Origin: Marsupella aquatica
Lineage: Eukaryota > Plantae > Marchantiophyta
NCBI GenBank assembly: GCA_973895155.1
Contig: OZ316891.1
Span: 21,395,380 to 21,459,379, forward strand
Length of the DNA: 64,000 nt
Direction: 5' to 3'
Made by a program: the position numbers and the translations under genes. This document shows positions 11,679-23,625 of the stretch, in pieces; position 1 is the stretch's first letter, and every line of letters starts with the position of its first letter. Below the pieces are notes generated by a model. It was not told the DNA's origin and did no database searches. It saw only the letters and a program-made list of their open reading frames with translations.

Positions 11679-13433
11679 TTAACGACGAGGCCGGGCTCCA
11701 GACACCTCAGACGCTCTCAGAAAGTTCTGTATCAAAGCCAATAAAGCCTTCTTGTTCTGTGTACCGTACGCAATTCTGAAAATGTCCATGACCCGCTTCT
11801 CCGTCTTAGCGTAGTCTTCGCTGGATATGCCGTAAAATTTTCCAGCATCACGAAGCAATTCAGCAGAATACTCCAGGCCACACATGCCAGCTGCAGCCAC
11901 GGAAGTCACTGACTCGACTATAGCGTCCAGGAAAGGAATCCTCCGTTCCAAGTCGCTTCTGAGCAGCTCTGCTTGGGCAATGTAAGCATAGATGCACGAA
12001 GCCCGGATCCAGTTCTTTTGCTGGGCTTTCAGATTCACTCTAGAATAGATGATTTCTTCCACAGCAGGGAGAAGACTAGCCAACCTAATTGTCCACTCCT
12101 GAGGATTCACCTGGAGGAGCTCAAAGAAGCGCTTGCCCATCTGCTCTAGAGGTTCAATGCTTTCCTCAAAAATGCAACGGTCGCACCTGCATAGGAATCC
12201 CCAATTTCTACAAGAGTCTTGACGAGCTTTCAGAGGGTCTGATACATCAAACCATGCAATGGTCAGGACTTCCCCAGAACACATGTCTCTCGCTGCCCTG
12301 ACAAACATGGCATCGCCTACATGAATCCTCAGGCAGTTGGGGAAGCAGGAGTGGTGCAGGAAGGAGGGAAGGGGCCAAACCCCTGTTCGTTTCAGTGGCC
12401 TAGGAACATAATTGTCAGATATGTCAGCAGTGTGGGTGTGCAAATTGTAGCTACTGAAATGGGCGATTCCACAAATGCGCCGCATGTCTAACTCTTCCGA
12501 CCCTGTATCTAACGGCCTCCAAGCACTTCCGGGTCTGAATAAATCCATGGATGGAATAAGTGCATTTTGCTCAGTATCCGTGAAAGGAAGAGTAAGCAGC
12601 TGGTGTCTGGTCCTGGGACAAATTTGAGCCATCTTCGCCAGCTTGGTAACTAGATGGTCTGCTTCTTGCTCCCTGGATTCGAACTGGAGTCCCTTGGGAG
12701 TCATACATGGTTCAGAGAGAATTGGAGCAATGGCGACTGCATTGCTAACAAACAGCAACTCTCCGGCCAGTACATCTCTTGTAAGAAATAACCCCCTCCC
12801 AAAGCTGGGCACGCTTTGAATTTCCACCGGCCCAACATAGTCACAGCAAGGATGGAAGATCCCTTTGCATCTATTCACATAAAACTTGGAGAGGTCAAAG
12901 TCTCCTTGCAGAGACTGTTGGGAGCAGAGCTTGCTTCTCTTGAGAGCTTCTCGGATCTCCTCGTCCTGTGGAGATAGCTTGAAAGCAGCCAAGAAGCACA
13001 AATTGGCTTTCTCATACTTGTGAAGCGCCTCGAACGCCTTGCCCTTCCGATTAAGGCACTTTAAATTGGTGGGTTCCAGATCCAATGCTTTCTCTGCATC
13101 CGCCAGGGCACTGTCATATCTCTTCAGCCTCAAAAACGCCTCTGCTCGGTTCGACCATGCCAGGAGCAGAGTTTTGCAGATCTCAACTAATTCACTGTGG
13201 TCATCTCCGCCCTGACCTCTGACTTCCGCCACCAATATCCTGAGTTCTCTCGAGTTGTCCTCCAGCTCCGATCCTTCTGGTAGATTTAGAGCCTTTAAGC
13301 ACTCTGACACGCATAGGGAGTAAGCATTCACTGCAGCAGAATAGTTTCCTTTCGCAAACGACCGGTTTCCTTCAGATCGGATGTCATTCACCTGCTTTGC
13401 TTTCAGGCTGGTCAACAACGACCCATTCGCCAT
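11679..13433 (-). CDS. ATXR1: Intronless TPR + SET domain protein (ATXR1/SDG35-like putative lysine methyltransferase), 584 aa
   Basis: N-terminal TPRs (EGNRSFAKGNYSAAVNAY; WSNRAEAFLRLKRYDSALADAEKAL). Split SET with GRGLFLTRDVLAGELL, SFLHHSCFPNC and GEVLTIAWFD. Post-SET WGFLCRCDRC. Confidence 0.88.
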   Translation of the reverse strand: MANGSLLTSLKAKQVNDIRSEGNRSFAKGNYSAAVNAYSLCVSECLKALNLPEGSELEDNSRELRILVAEVRGQGGDDHSELVEICKTLLLAWSNRAEAFLRLKRYDSALADAEKALDLEPTNLKCLNRKGKAFEALHKYEKANLCFLAAFKLSPQDEEIREALKRSKLCSQQSLQGDFDLSKFYVNRCKGIFHPCCDYVGPVEIQSVPSFGRGLFLTRDVLAGELLFVSNAVAIAPILSEPCMTPKGLQFESREQEADHLVTKLAKMAQICPRTRHQLLTLPFTDTEQNALIPSMDLFRPGSAWRPLDTGSEELDMRRICGIAHFSSYNLHTHTADISDNYVPRPLKRTGVWPLPSFLHHSCFPNCLRIHVGDAMFVRAARDMCSGEVLTIAWFDVSDPLKARQDSCRNWGFLCRCDRCIFEESIEPLEQMGKRFFELLQVNPQEWTIRLASLLPAVEEIIYSRVNLKAQQKNWIRASCIYAYIAQAELLRSDLERRIPFLDAIVESVTSVAAAGMCGLEYSAELLRDAGKFYGISSEDYAKTEKRVMDIFRIAYGTQNKKALLALIQNFLRASEVSGARPRR

Positions 13434-13785
13434 TCTCTATCTCTAAAGAAGGCGATAGAAAAACCCTTTGACATAAATGCACATACTGTCACCGCAAACT
13501 CAAACGTACTCACACACGAGCCATTCACAAGCTCAAGAGTAACACCTCCACACCGATCTGAGAGAGGCCCAGCGATGGATAATCGAGGAGAGAAAGGAGA
13601 GGACAACGCCCTGCACTCTGTACATCGATCCAGAAACGTCCAAGATCACTAACAGTTCAATTTCCCGCTCGTCGAAGACCACTTCCCCCGCAACCCTAAA
13701 CCCTCCAATGTCTCCTCAACCATTCAGCTCACATAATATAACGCTTGATCGTGTTCAACTATGAGACATCAGTCAAGGAACAGAA

Positions 13786-14030
13786 CTACCGTGCACAAGT
13801 GCATTCCGTGGGTAACTGTACAGTCTACCGTGCATAGGTGTGCATATGTGCATTCAGCGGGTAAGTGCACGTCGGTCATGTAGTCCCCTGATATTATAGA
13901 ATTTGTTTTTGTAAATGTACCAAAAAATTGCACCATTTGCATTCAGTGGGTAAGTGCATTCAGTGGGTAAGTGCATAAGTGCATTCACTGGGCAAGTGCA
14001 GGTAGGTCATGTACTGTAGTCCTCTAATAT
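13786..14030. repeat. Cluster of GTGCATTCAGTGGGTAAGTGCA-type repeats (probable subterminal repeats of a DNA transposon)
   Basis: About five variant copies plus a duplicated GGTCATGTA..GTCC..ATATTAT block, ~600 bp upstream of a Harbinger transposase remnant. Confidence 0.6.
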
Positions 14031-14649
14031 TATGGCATTTTTTTGTAGAGAAATCATGGGCTTCTCTGTTTCTGAATTGCTCTGAATCAGAGCAGATCAA
14101 GTATGTTCATTCATTGACCCAAGGAACACCCAAGGCTATGGTCCATTTCAAAATTTGGGATCATGAAATCAGTGTGAACATGATTTCCTTTGTGGATCCC
14201 AAGCCAAATGTGCCGCAGCCACTCTCTCTACAACAGACTCCGATCTCCCATACAAGTAGAAGAATTCCAGCACCTGCCCCTCTGGTACCTTCCAATGCTG
14301 CATTGAGCAGTCCCACAACGGCTGATCAGAGTACCGGTTTCCCACAAGAGTTGATAGAATTACTAATTTAAAGGTTGCATGATGAATTCAACCTTGGACA
14401 AAAGCTTTAGTCTTGCTTTTAAATGTTCTGCACATCTCAGACTTAGGTACCAGTTAGGATTTGTATGTGCTGCATTTAGGCTATGAATAATGAAAACTTT
14501 GAGATCACATTGCTGAATATGTTTAGCATTTAATTGATAAATCTGCTACAGATTTCTATGTGTAACTATGATTGATGATATGTTTGAGATGACATTGCTG
14601 ATGACTTTATTCACTGAGTGCATGTTCATCTGCAGTCTAGGCCTTTACA

Positions 14650-15440
14650 ATGCCACGTGTGTAAGACAGACAGAGGCTTCTCAATGAGGTGAAGGAAGAA
14701 TTATATTTGTCAAATTGTGATGCAGAGCTCTAGTGACAGTGATGGATTAAGCAATGAGTCCAATTTGTCTGTCACTGACCACATTAGTCATGCACAGGGC
14801 AGCAGTAGAGAGTCAGAACTTGAATTAGAATCATCCAGTGAATGTAGCATTGGAAGTGACCCTTTTAATATTGAGCCTAGGTCATCAGAAATTATGGAAT
14901 CCTATTTTGTCTTGGACACTTTGTGGATGGATCCATGACTTTGCTGAAAATTTCTTTGTCAATATCACAAAAGTTGTTCAGGCAAATGACATGCATGGAC
15001 AAATATTGAGGGCCATTCTATGTTTACAAATGATTCCCCTAACAACCGGGCTCCGGTATGTTTTGGCAATCGTCTATAACCTTGGACAGGCTTGGGCATG
15101 ATGGCAATGGGGCGTGCTTGAATAACATGATTCCGACTTGGGGTGTTAGCAATGGCAGCCTATGCAACTTCATTAACAGGTGCTTCAAGGCACTAGAAAG
15201 TGCTCTCTCTATGCATTTGCAGTGGCCACATTGGGAGGAGCAAGCCCACATCTCTGACAAATTCAGTTTCAAAGGCTTCCCAGGTTGTGTTGGTCTAATT
15301 GATGGCACACTCATCCCACTCTCATAGATCCCTAAGGATTTAGGAGGTCTAATGCTACTTTGACAGAAAGAGCAGGTATCCAATCAACACCCAAGTTGTC
15401 TGCAATAGTAGACACAAGATCTTGTATTTATATGCTGGTA
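14650..15440 (+). mobile_element. PIF/Harbinger (DDE_Tnp_4/HARBI1-type) transposase remnant
   Basis: GFPGCVGLIDGTLIPLS (first catalytic Asp motif), followed across a stop and frameshift by YFDRKSRYPINTQVVCN..KILYLYAG, then a GTAAGT donor. Disrupted. Confidence 0.8.
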
Positions 15441-15528
15441 AGTTCCCTAACTTCCACTTTCACGTCTTTTTCTTGCTTTTAATCATGTCTCTGTTGCCTG
15501 CACCTCGGACTGTCTAGGCATTAAAATA

Positions 15529-15640
15529 TGTAATCCTGTTTTCTTTCTCATAGTTTGCTTCTGTATGTAATCCCTCTCTCTTTCTCATGGTCTATTTATA
15601 AGATGTAATCCCGCTTCCATTCTCATGGTCTGTTCTCGGA
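15529..15640. repeat. Three diverged ~37-bp tandem units
   Basis: Unit TGTAATCC...TTCTCAT(A/G)GT repeated three times. Confidence 0.6.
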
Positions 15641-18321
15641 CGTCATCCGAGCGGGAAGCCTCCACATGCTTTGGATTATGGTGACAACATTTTTTAACCA
15701 TGAAATGGATCTCAAGGTGCCATTGTGCACATTTTCCATGCCCAACCATTCACTCTCCCCACATTCACACACTCCTTGAAATCATTGATTCCCTGACTCC
15801 TTGTAGCATAGAATTGCATGACAATTTCACTTATACTCAATAACACTTCTATTGAATATGTTTTATTATGAATAATAGTGTGCAATGCACAGGCATTTGG
15901 CTAGTCAATGTTATAATTACACACTGTGGGAAGTTCCTTTCAAAATTCTTGGATGCACGTGCAGCCACATCAACATGATTTGTCACAAACAAGAACCATT
16001 AGTTACGCAAGATTTATTTATTTATTTAATTTAATTTTTAAAGAGAAATCTATGAAACCCCACAGAAAGGGAAGAGTCAGCCACAATAGTTGGGAAGAGT
16101 CACTCAGCCCACAATAGTTGAACCCAAGACCTATCAGTCTCTACTCAAGTGAGCTACCACAAAGTCATGCCTCTTTGGGTTTTATGCAAGAATTGAAGAA
16201 CCAAATTTGACTATTTGTGTTTGAGGCAAGGCAATAAGAAACAATGACCCTGTAAGTGTAAAAGCAATGGAAAACTAACAAGTAACATTTCAAGTAAACA
16301 AAGAAAATGGTAAAATAGGGGTGAAAGGAAATAAACTTTGGATGAGTTATCATTGATAAATCAATGTTTTCTTGTAATATGTTTCAATTACTATTTAATT
16401 TACACATTTTTGAAATAATGACAAATAAAAAGTAACAATTGAATTACTCTAACATTTACCAAGGTAACTTAAGAAACACTTTGGCTACTATGGATATAGG
16501 AGTAACAAGCAAACTAAGGTAAGAAACACCATAACTACTATGGTTACAATAGAGGAATATCAAGGGACTCTACTACCTTTCAACTACTATGGACAATGTA
16601 ATATTGCAAGAACTATATGGAATGTTACATGCACTGCGTTTCACTTTGGCTCTTGTATTTATATGGGCCAACTGCTGGGGTCCCTCATTCATTCATGATC
16701 AGACTTTGAAATCATAGACCATAATTTTCTCATAATTAACAGAAAACAATTTGATATTTAGACTATGCTTGTGAGTAGGAACGGGCATGGGAGCCTTGGT
16801 ACGATGAGCCCTTCCTGTCTAGAAGCACGAGTATTTGGGCCAGTACTTGAAGTGGGTAAAACCTGTTCAGTGGACCAGCATTTTGATGTGAGTTTTGGGT
16901 CAGTTACTCTTTCACATAGACATCACCTAAGTGGACATTCAAAACCTGGGTGAAAATGTTTGTAGGGTTCCTAGAGGTGCTTTCCCCTATGTCAGTGCCT
17001 AGAGCAGAGAACATGACAAACTTAGGGTTGTCTTGCATGTGCAAGAGTCCTTTAAAAAGCGGGCCTTACTTGCCCACAAAAGAGGGGAAAAAGTGTATGA
17101 CCAAATTAAAGCACAATACTCCAAGGCAATACGTGCATGCTCTCACTCAGTAGGGTTTCCTCCTTTGTTGTTTCAACCCCTTTGTCATTAGCACTGTATT
17201 TTTGTCGTTTATGAATTTGAAAGGTCGGGACGGTGAAGGGCTGGAAACTTTCCGGCCCTTGCCCTTGAAAAAATTGAATTGCTGCCGTGAGGACTGGCAC
17301 ATGAGGAGGGTGAGGCAAGAAAGGCTCAAAGAGGAAGCATGTGCCACCTGATCACTTAAAAAGTCAATTATTTGGGGACCATCACATGCAAGAGGGCCCT
17401 TAGGATGACTTTACAAAACTTTGAAGCACTTGTGAACTTTTTCCACCATAGCAAATTGGAGTGTCACTTCTTGTTCTAAAGATACGTCAGTGCCATTTTG
17501 ATTTGCCCAAAAACAGACCAACAAAATATTTAGGGGTCCTTTGAAACCTAAAAGAATTTTAGCACATGTATTTTAAGAATATTGTAAGCATCCTAGTGTA
17601 GTACTTGTTGAGCATAGACGACATTAGTAACGGCAAGCCCATCGTGACAGGGCCCCAAACCCGGTAGTAACTTAGTGATGACTTATAATTGCATATATAA
17701 GTAGAAAGACAAGTAGGTGTAGTAAAAGTGTTTGGATTTTCAAATTTTTTATTTTTGTTAGTTCTAATAAATGGATGCGACAACCGGAGGCCGGAGTTGA
17801 GAGGGGTGTCGGGCGGTGATGTATGACAAGGGAACCATTGATGGGGTACAAGGAGGCCACAAGGCAGCCCAAGGACTTGGAGCAAGGTGTGGGCATCTTG
17901 GAGGGGTGGGGGCTGGTCGGAGGCTCCACATAAGGCGCAAAACGGGAAGAATGACCAAAATATAGAAAACGTTGAAACTTAAAACAGACGTTGCTGCGCT
18001 AGTACTATTCCAAACATGGTCATGTTTGATTCATTTTGAAGCCCTCAATGAGCCCCATGCAAAAATGAGGTTCTCTAGTTGATTTTAGGTCTATATCAAA
18101 CAGTGGCATCTCGAGGGACCTCAACGCCCGTAAAACGACAAACTAGACAATCTTGGAGTAGTGATGGTGGGAGGGCCCTTAGAAGGAAGGGGTTCCCACA
18201 CTTGTGTTCCCCTTCACCCTTTGTGTGGTCCTCACATGTTTTTTTTGCTCTCTTTCCCTTTCCCACCGTAGAAGGGGCCCCCTCCTTTTACAACGAACCG
18301 GTGGTGGCAAACAAGAGGATC

Positions 18322-18471
18322 GGGGCTCAAGCCAAGGCACCGTGAGTGAGGAGGAGGAGGACTGATGAGGGGGCTCAAGTCAGGGCACCGTGAGTGAAGA
18401 GGAGGAGGACTGATGAGAGACTAACTCACGGGGCTCAAGCCATGGCACCGTGAGTGAAGAGGAGGAGGACT
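18322..18471. repeat. Three ~48-bp tandem units within element X
   Basis: GGGGCTCAAG..GGCACCGTGAGTGA(A/G)GAGGAGGAGGACT three times. Confidence 0.85.
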
Positions 18472-19338
18472 AGGGTAGCCGTACGGACCTGTCGTACAAC
18501 CTCTGGATTTTGAAACTTTTTGGAAGGGTGCACTCACGGGCTTGTTAGAAAGAGCTCGTGGAGCTGATTCCAACAAGAGGCGGCGCTCCTCAAACGGAGC
18601 CAGGATGAGTAAGTTAGGGCCCGACGAAGTTGGGTTTACGGGATACTGAAACGGCCATAACTTGGTCGTCCGATGTCCGTTTCAAGAGCGGTTGAGTGCT
18701 TCATGATCAGGAGGAGGAGGGCTATCCAGGGGTGAACTCAGTAGTGCAAGTGGAAGGGCGCCTAGTTTCGGCCATTGTGGGGTTCCTTGTGTTGAGCATA
18801 GACGACATTCGTAACAGCAAGCCCATGAACCATCCAACGCACAATAGTCAACACAGAGAGATACGTGGTTCACCTCCACATGAGGCTACGTCCACGGGAA
18901 CACACAAGAGCTTTACTGCACTCTAGGCCGACCGGCCATACCAAGCATCCACAACAAGCTCTCCCTATCTCTCAACTAGCTCCGTAACAATGAGCCTAAG
19001 TTCCACCAGGGGCTGGCATCAGCCCTGGCTATATGCACAACAACACTACCGCTAACATTAGCTAAGTCCTAACCCGAGTTAGACTAACTGTGGTTAGCTC
19101 ATGAGTCACAAGACTAGAGCAATATCTAACAAACTCCCCCTTGACTCTTGTCTTGGGGACTGGACTAAATGCTACCATATGGAATCCTCAGCGGGAAGTT
19201 CTAGACAATCACCAAACCAGGTCTCCCCCTAAAAACCACAAGGGTTAACTAAGGGTTAACTAGAACTAAGCCGTAGCCAAACAAGAATGAGTAATCCATA
19301 TACAAATAGTCACACATTGCTAAATAACTCTACTTGCA

Positions 19339-22300
19339 CTACAACTGCAAAACCTGCAAAGTAGCACGGTGTCTTGAGAAACTCTCCAAAGGAATCACTT
19401 TGGTAAAAGCATCAGCGGGATTGAGCTTTCCATCAATTTTGACTAGCTCAAAAGTTTTATCAGACACTGCTTGCCTGATAAAATGGTACCTGATATCAAT
19501 GTGCTTCACCCTGCTATCCATCACCTGGTTAGCAGCCAAGTGAAGAGCACTCTGACTATCACAGTTTAGAGTCATTTTTCCATGCTCTAAACCCATCTCC
19601 GCGATCAACTTATCCAACCAAATTGCTTCCTTTGTTGCTTCTGCTGCTGCAACATACTCTGCTTCTGTAGTAGACTGAGGTATGCACTTCTGCAAGGTAG
19701 ATTTCCAACTGATACATCCTCCTCCTAGAGTAAATACAAACCCAGTTGTAGACCTCCTTGTATCCAGACAGCCTCCATAATCAGAATCTACATAGCCAAC
19801 TAACGTTCTATTTGATCTGTTATCAAATAGTAATCCATAGTCCTGTGTACCCTTCAGATACCTGAGAATCCACTTCACAGCTTCCCAATGTACCTTCCCT
19901 GGATTTGACATGAATTTGCTAACCTTGCCCATCGCTAGGGCTAAGTCAGGCCTAGTACAAGTCATCAAATACATCAGACTGCCTACTGCCTTCTCATAAG
20001 GAATCTTAGCCATCAAACCTTTCTCCACAGCATCCGTAGGAGAGAAAGCCGATGATAACTTGAAATGTGAAGCTAAAGGAATACTCACTGGCTTACAGTT
20101 TTCCATGTTGAATCGTGCAAGTACTTTCCTCGCATACTGACCTTGACTCAAGCACAACTGTCCAGTATCAGAGTTCCTAAAAATCTCCATCCCTAAGATC
20201 CTCTTGGCCTTACCAAGATCCTTCATCCTGAATTCAGCACTCAATTTTGCCTTGAGACTGTCAACCTCAGATTGATCTTTAGCCACAATCAGCATGTCAT
20301 CCACATAGATCACTAGAATGATGAACCCAAACACATCATTCTTGACTGATTTCGTATACACACAAGGATCATACACCATCCTTGTAAAACCTTGAGCAAG
20401 CATGAAATCATCAAATCGCTTGTTCCATTGTCTGGGAGACTGCTTCAATCCATACAAGGACTTGAGCAATCTGCAAACTAAGCTCTCTTGGCCCTTCTTC
20501 ATAAAGCCTACTGGCTGTCTCATGAAGATCATCTCTTCCAAGTTGCCATAGAGAAAAGCAGTAACAACATCCATCTGATCCATCACCAGACCAAAAACCA
20601 CAACAAGCTGACACAAGATCCGAATTGTGGAATACTTAGCCACCGGTGAAAAGACCTCATTGTAATCCACTCCTTTCTCCTGAGTGAACCCCTTGGCAAC
20701 AAGCCTTGCCTTGTAGATCTTATCTCCACCCTCTGAAGGACTGTCCTTCAACTTGTAAATCCACTTGTTGTCCACCACTTGCTGACCTCTTGGAAGCTCC
20801 ACCAGCTCCCATGTCTTGTTGTCACTCAAAGATTGCAACTCCCTCTGCATTGCTGCATTCCACTCATGCTTATGCTCTGAAGCACAAGCCTCACTATACG
20901 AAGAAGGCTCTCCTTCTTCCAAGATCAAAGCCATATCATCTTCATCAGGTGCAATGTCAATATCATCTAGCTTAGATGAGTCTGCCCATTGACCATACCT
21001 GGTAGGAGCTCTAGTAGAACGACTGGAAGTTCTTCTAGTAGATGACTCAGGCTGATCTGTTGCTACTGCTGGTTGAATTTGAGGTACCCCAGCAACAATT
21101 TGCTCCTCTTGTTCCATCATAGGAACCATCTCCAAGCTCGGAGCTTCTCCATCTCTTCTGTCATGAACTGCATCATGACTAATCTCCCCCTCAACCCGAT
21201 CTGGGATGGGAGATTTCCCCTTGTCAATATGGGAGTCCTGAGAACTCTCCCCCTCCTTTGATGATCTGGACTCATTAAAGGACACATCTTTACTGACAAT
21301 TAGTTTATAGGTTACTGGATCCCATAACCTATAACCCTTCACACCTTTCTGATAGCCAAGGAAAATGCACTTCTTCGACTTGGACTCCAGCTTGGATCGA
21401 AGCTGGGAAGGTGTAAGCACATAAGCATCACATCCAAAAATTCTCAGATGTGAATAATCTGCTGGACGCCCGTACCTCATTTCATATGGTGTCTTGAATC
21501 CAATAGAACTGGATGGAGAAAAATTTACCAAATAAGCTGCAGTGTTGACAGCTTCAGCCCAAAACTCATGTGGTAAGCATGATTGACTCAACATACTCCT
21601 TGAGCGATCCAACAGTGTTCGGTTGAGTCTCTCAGAAACACCATTCTGCTGAGGAGTATAACTTATTGTGAGATGGCGGGTTATCCCCTGCTCCTTACAA
21701 TACGTTCCAAATTCCCCGGAACTATATTCACCGCCATTATCCGATCGTAGATATCTCACCTTATTACCAGTCTGATTCTCAACTTGGGTTTTCCACTCCT
21801 TAAAAGTGGCAAAAATATCAGACTTACTATGTAGAAAATATATCCACACATACCTTGAGTAATCGTCTATGAACGTGACATAGTATAATCGTCCAGAATG
21901 TGAGGGAGTAGGGGCTGGACCCCACACATCACTATGTACATACTCAAGTACCTCCTTGCTGGTGTGAGTTCCAACTCCGAAGGGTTTCCTGTGCTGCTTC
22001 CCTAGCACACAGTGCTCACAAAATTCCAACTTACAAGATTACAAATTAGAAAGTAATCCTTTCTTCTGAAGAATAACCAAACCTTTTTCACTCATGTGGC
22101 CCAAACGGAAGTGCCACAGCCGGGCCGTCTCCTCATGAGATAAGGTTACATTGGCTTCATCACAAACTACACAGCCCTCCAAAACGTATAGATTGCTATG
22201 TCTCTTTCCCTTCAAAACAACTTTAGTACCAGTTGAAACCTGAAGGACACCATTAGCAGAACTCCACTGATGGCCATTTGCCTCTAAAACTCCAAGTGAA

Positions 22301-23625
22301 ATGAGATTTTTCATCATGCTGGGAATATGGCTCACATTCCTCAATGTTCTCACAACACCATTGACAAACATCTGAAATCTTATAGATCCAAGTCCAACAA
22401 CTTGACATGGGAGTTCATTTCCCATTAACACTGACCCGTTGGAAACCGTGTAAGAACTGAAACAATCTCTTCTAGAGCAAATGTGAAAAGTACATGCACT
22501 ATCTAGAATCCAGTCATCACTACCTGGATTTGATACTATGTTGAGCGCATAACCTTGACATCACAATATGTCATCATCATCGAGTAAATCTACCTCATGC
22601 GAGCTTGATGCTGCGTTAGCAGAGGCAGTAGGGACCTTTACTCGATAATCCCTTTTCATGTGGCCTGGCTTGCCACAATTCCAACATGCAAGAGGCTTCC
22701 TCTCTTGCGATTTTCCTCTGGATTTAGATCTCCCCCGTGATGTAGATCTAAACCTGTTCTGCCCATTCGTGCGCTGCGTTGCTCCTCCCCTGTTCACATT
22801 GAGCGTAGTGCCAGAAGAAGATGCTGTCTGTGATTGACCCAGCTTCTTCTGAGCATCATCAGACAGTAAAGAGCTTACCACCTCATTATACGAAATGGAC
22901 TTCAGATCTCTGTACAAGAGCACCTGTTTCAAGCCCTGATATGACGGCGGTAAGGAGCTTAGCAGAAGCAAGGCCTTATCCTCATCTTCAACTCCTTTTC
23001 CTAGGTTTGACAGATCAACCGCTAGACTGTCAAACTCATCCAGGTGATCCTGCATCTTGCTCCCTTCCTTGAGCCTGAGGCTCATCAAGAGAGACTTCTT
23101 GTACAGCCGATCTTACGCATCTTCCCAGTAGTACTTCTCTCTTAGAGCCTTGAACAGTGATGCGCAATCCGCATAATCATCTAGCTGCTTGATGATGTGC
23201 GGCTTGAGATATAGCATCACTGCATTGATAGCAATCACCTGCTCCTATCTCCATTGCCTCACTGAAATCTCCTCCTCTCCATCATACTGCTCTCGCGATG
23301 AAAGCAGATGAGCTAAGCCCATGGCCCGTAGAACACCCTTCACTTGCTTCTCCCAAAGCAAGTAATCAGTATGACCATCGTACTTCTCCACCTCAAACTT
23401 CACTCCTCCAAATCTAGCCATCTCCCTCTTCTTCCCTGCTACCGACAGCTCTGGTAGTAACACAGCTTCCTCCACTGCACGCCGAACCGGTGATCGTACC
23501 GGTGTTATAAGTTCCTCCTCAAACGGTAGCAGCTCCTCCTCAGACTCTCCGTCTGACCGTTGCGATCCTGAAGCTCCACCGACGCCAATTCTTCCAGTAT
23601 CCTCCGAGTCACTCATATGAAACAA
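19339..23625 (-). pseudogene. Copia gag-pol in a single frame with four in-frame stops; the INT-RT-RNaseH part (19339-22029) is open
   Basis: Gag KFEVEKYDG..W, zinc knuckle CWNCGKPGHMKRDY, protease WILDSACTFHIC, GAG-pre-integrase LWHFRLGH, integrase HSDVWGP/SDNGGEY/QQNGVSER, RT YVDDML, RNaseH VDSDY/KHIDIRYHFIR. Stops at 23245, 23113, 22561 and 22039. Confidence 0.95.

Noticed and set aside
15700-15870. Similarity to 56125-56310 (AAGGTGCCATTGTGCAC block)
   Set aside because: Two diverged fragments of a dispersed repeat without definable ends; unremarkable.
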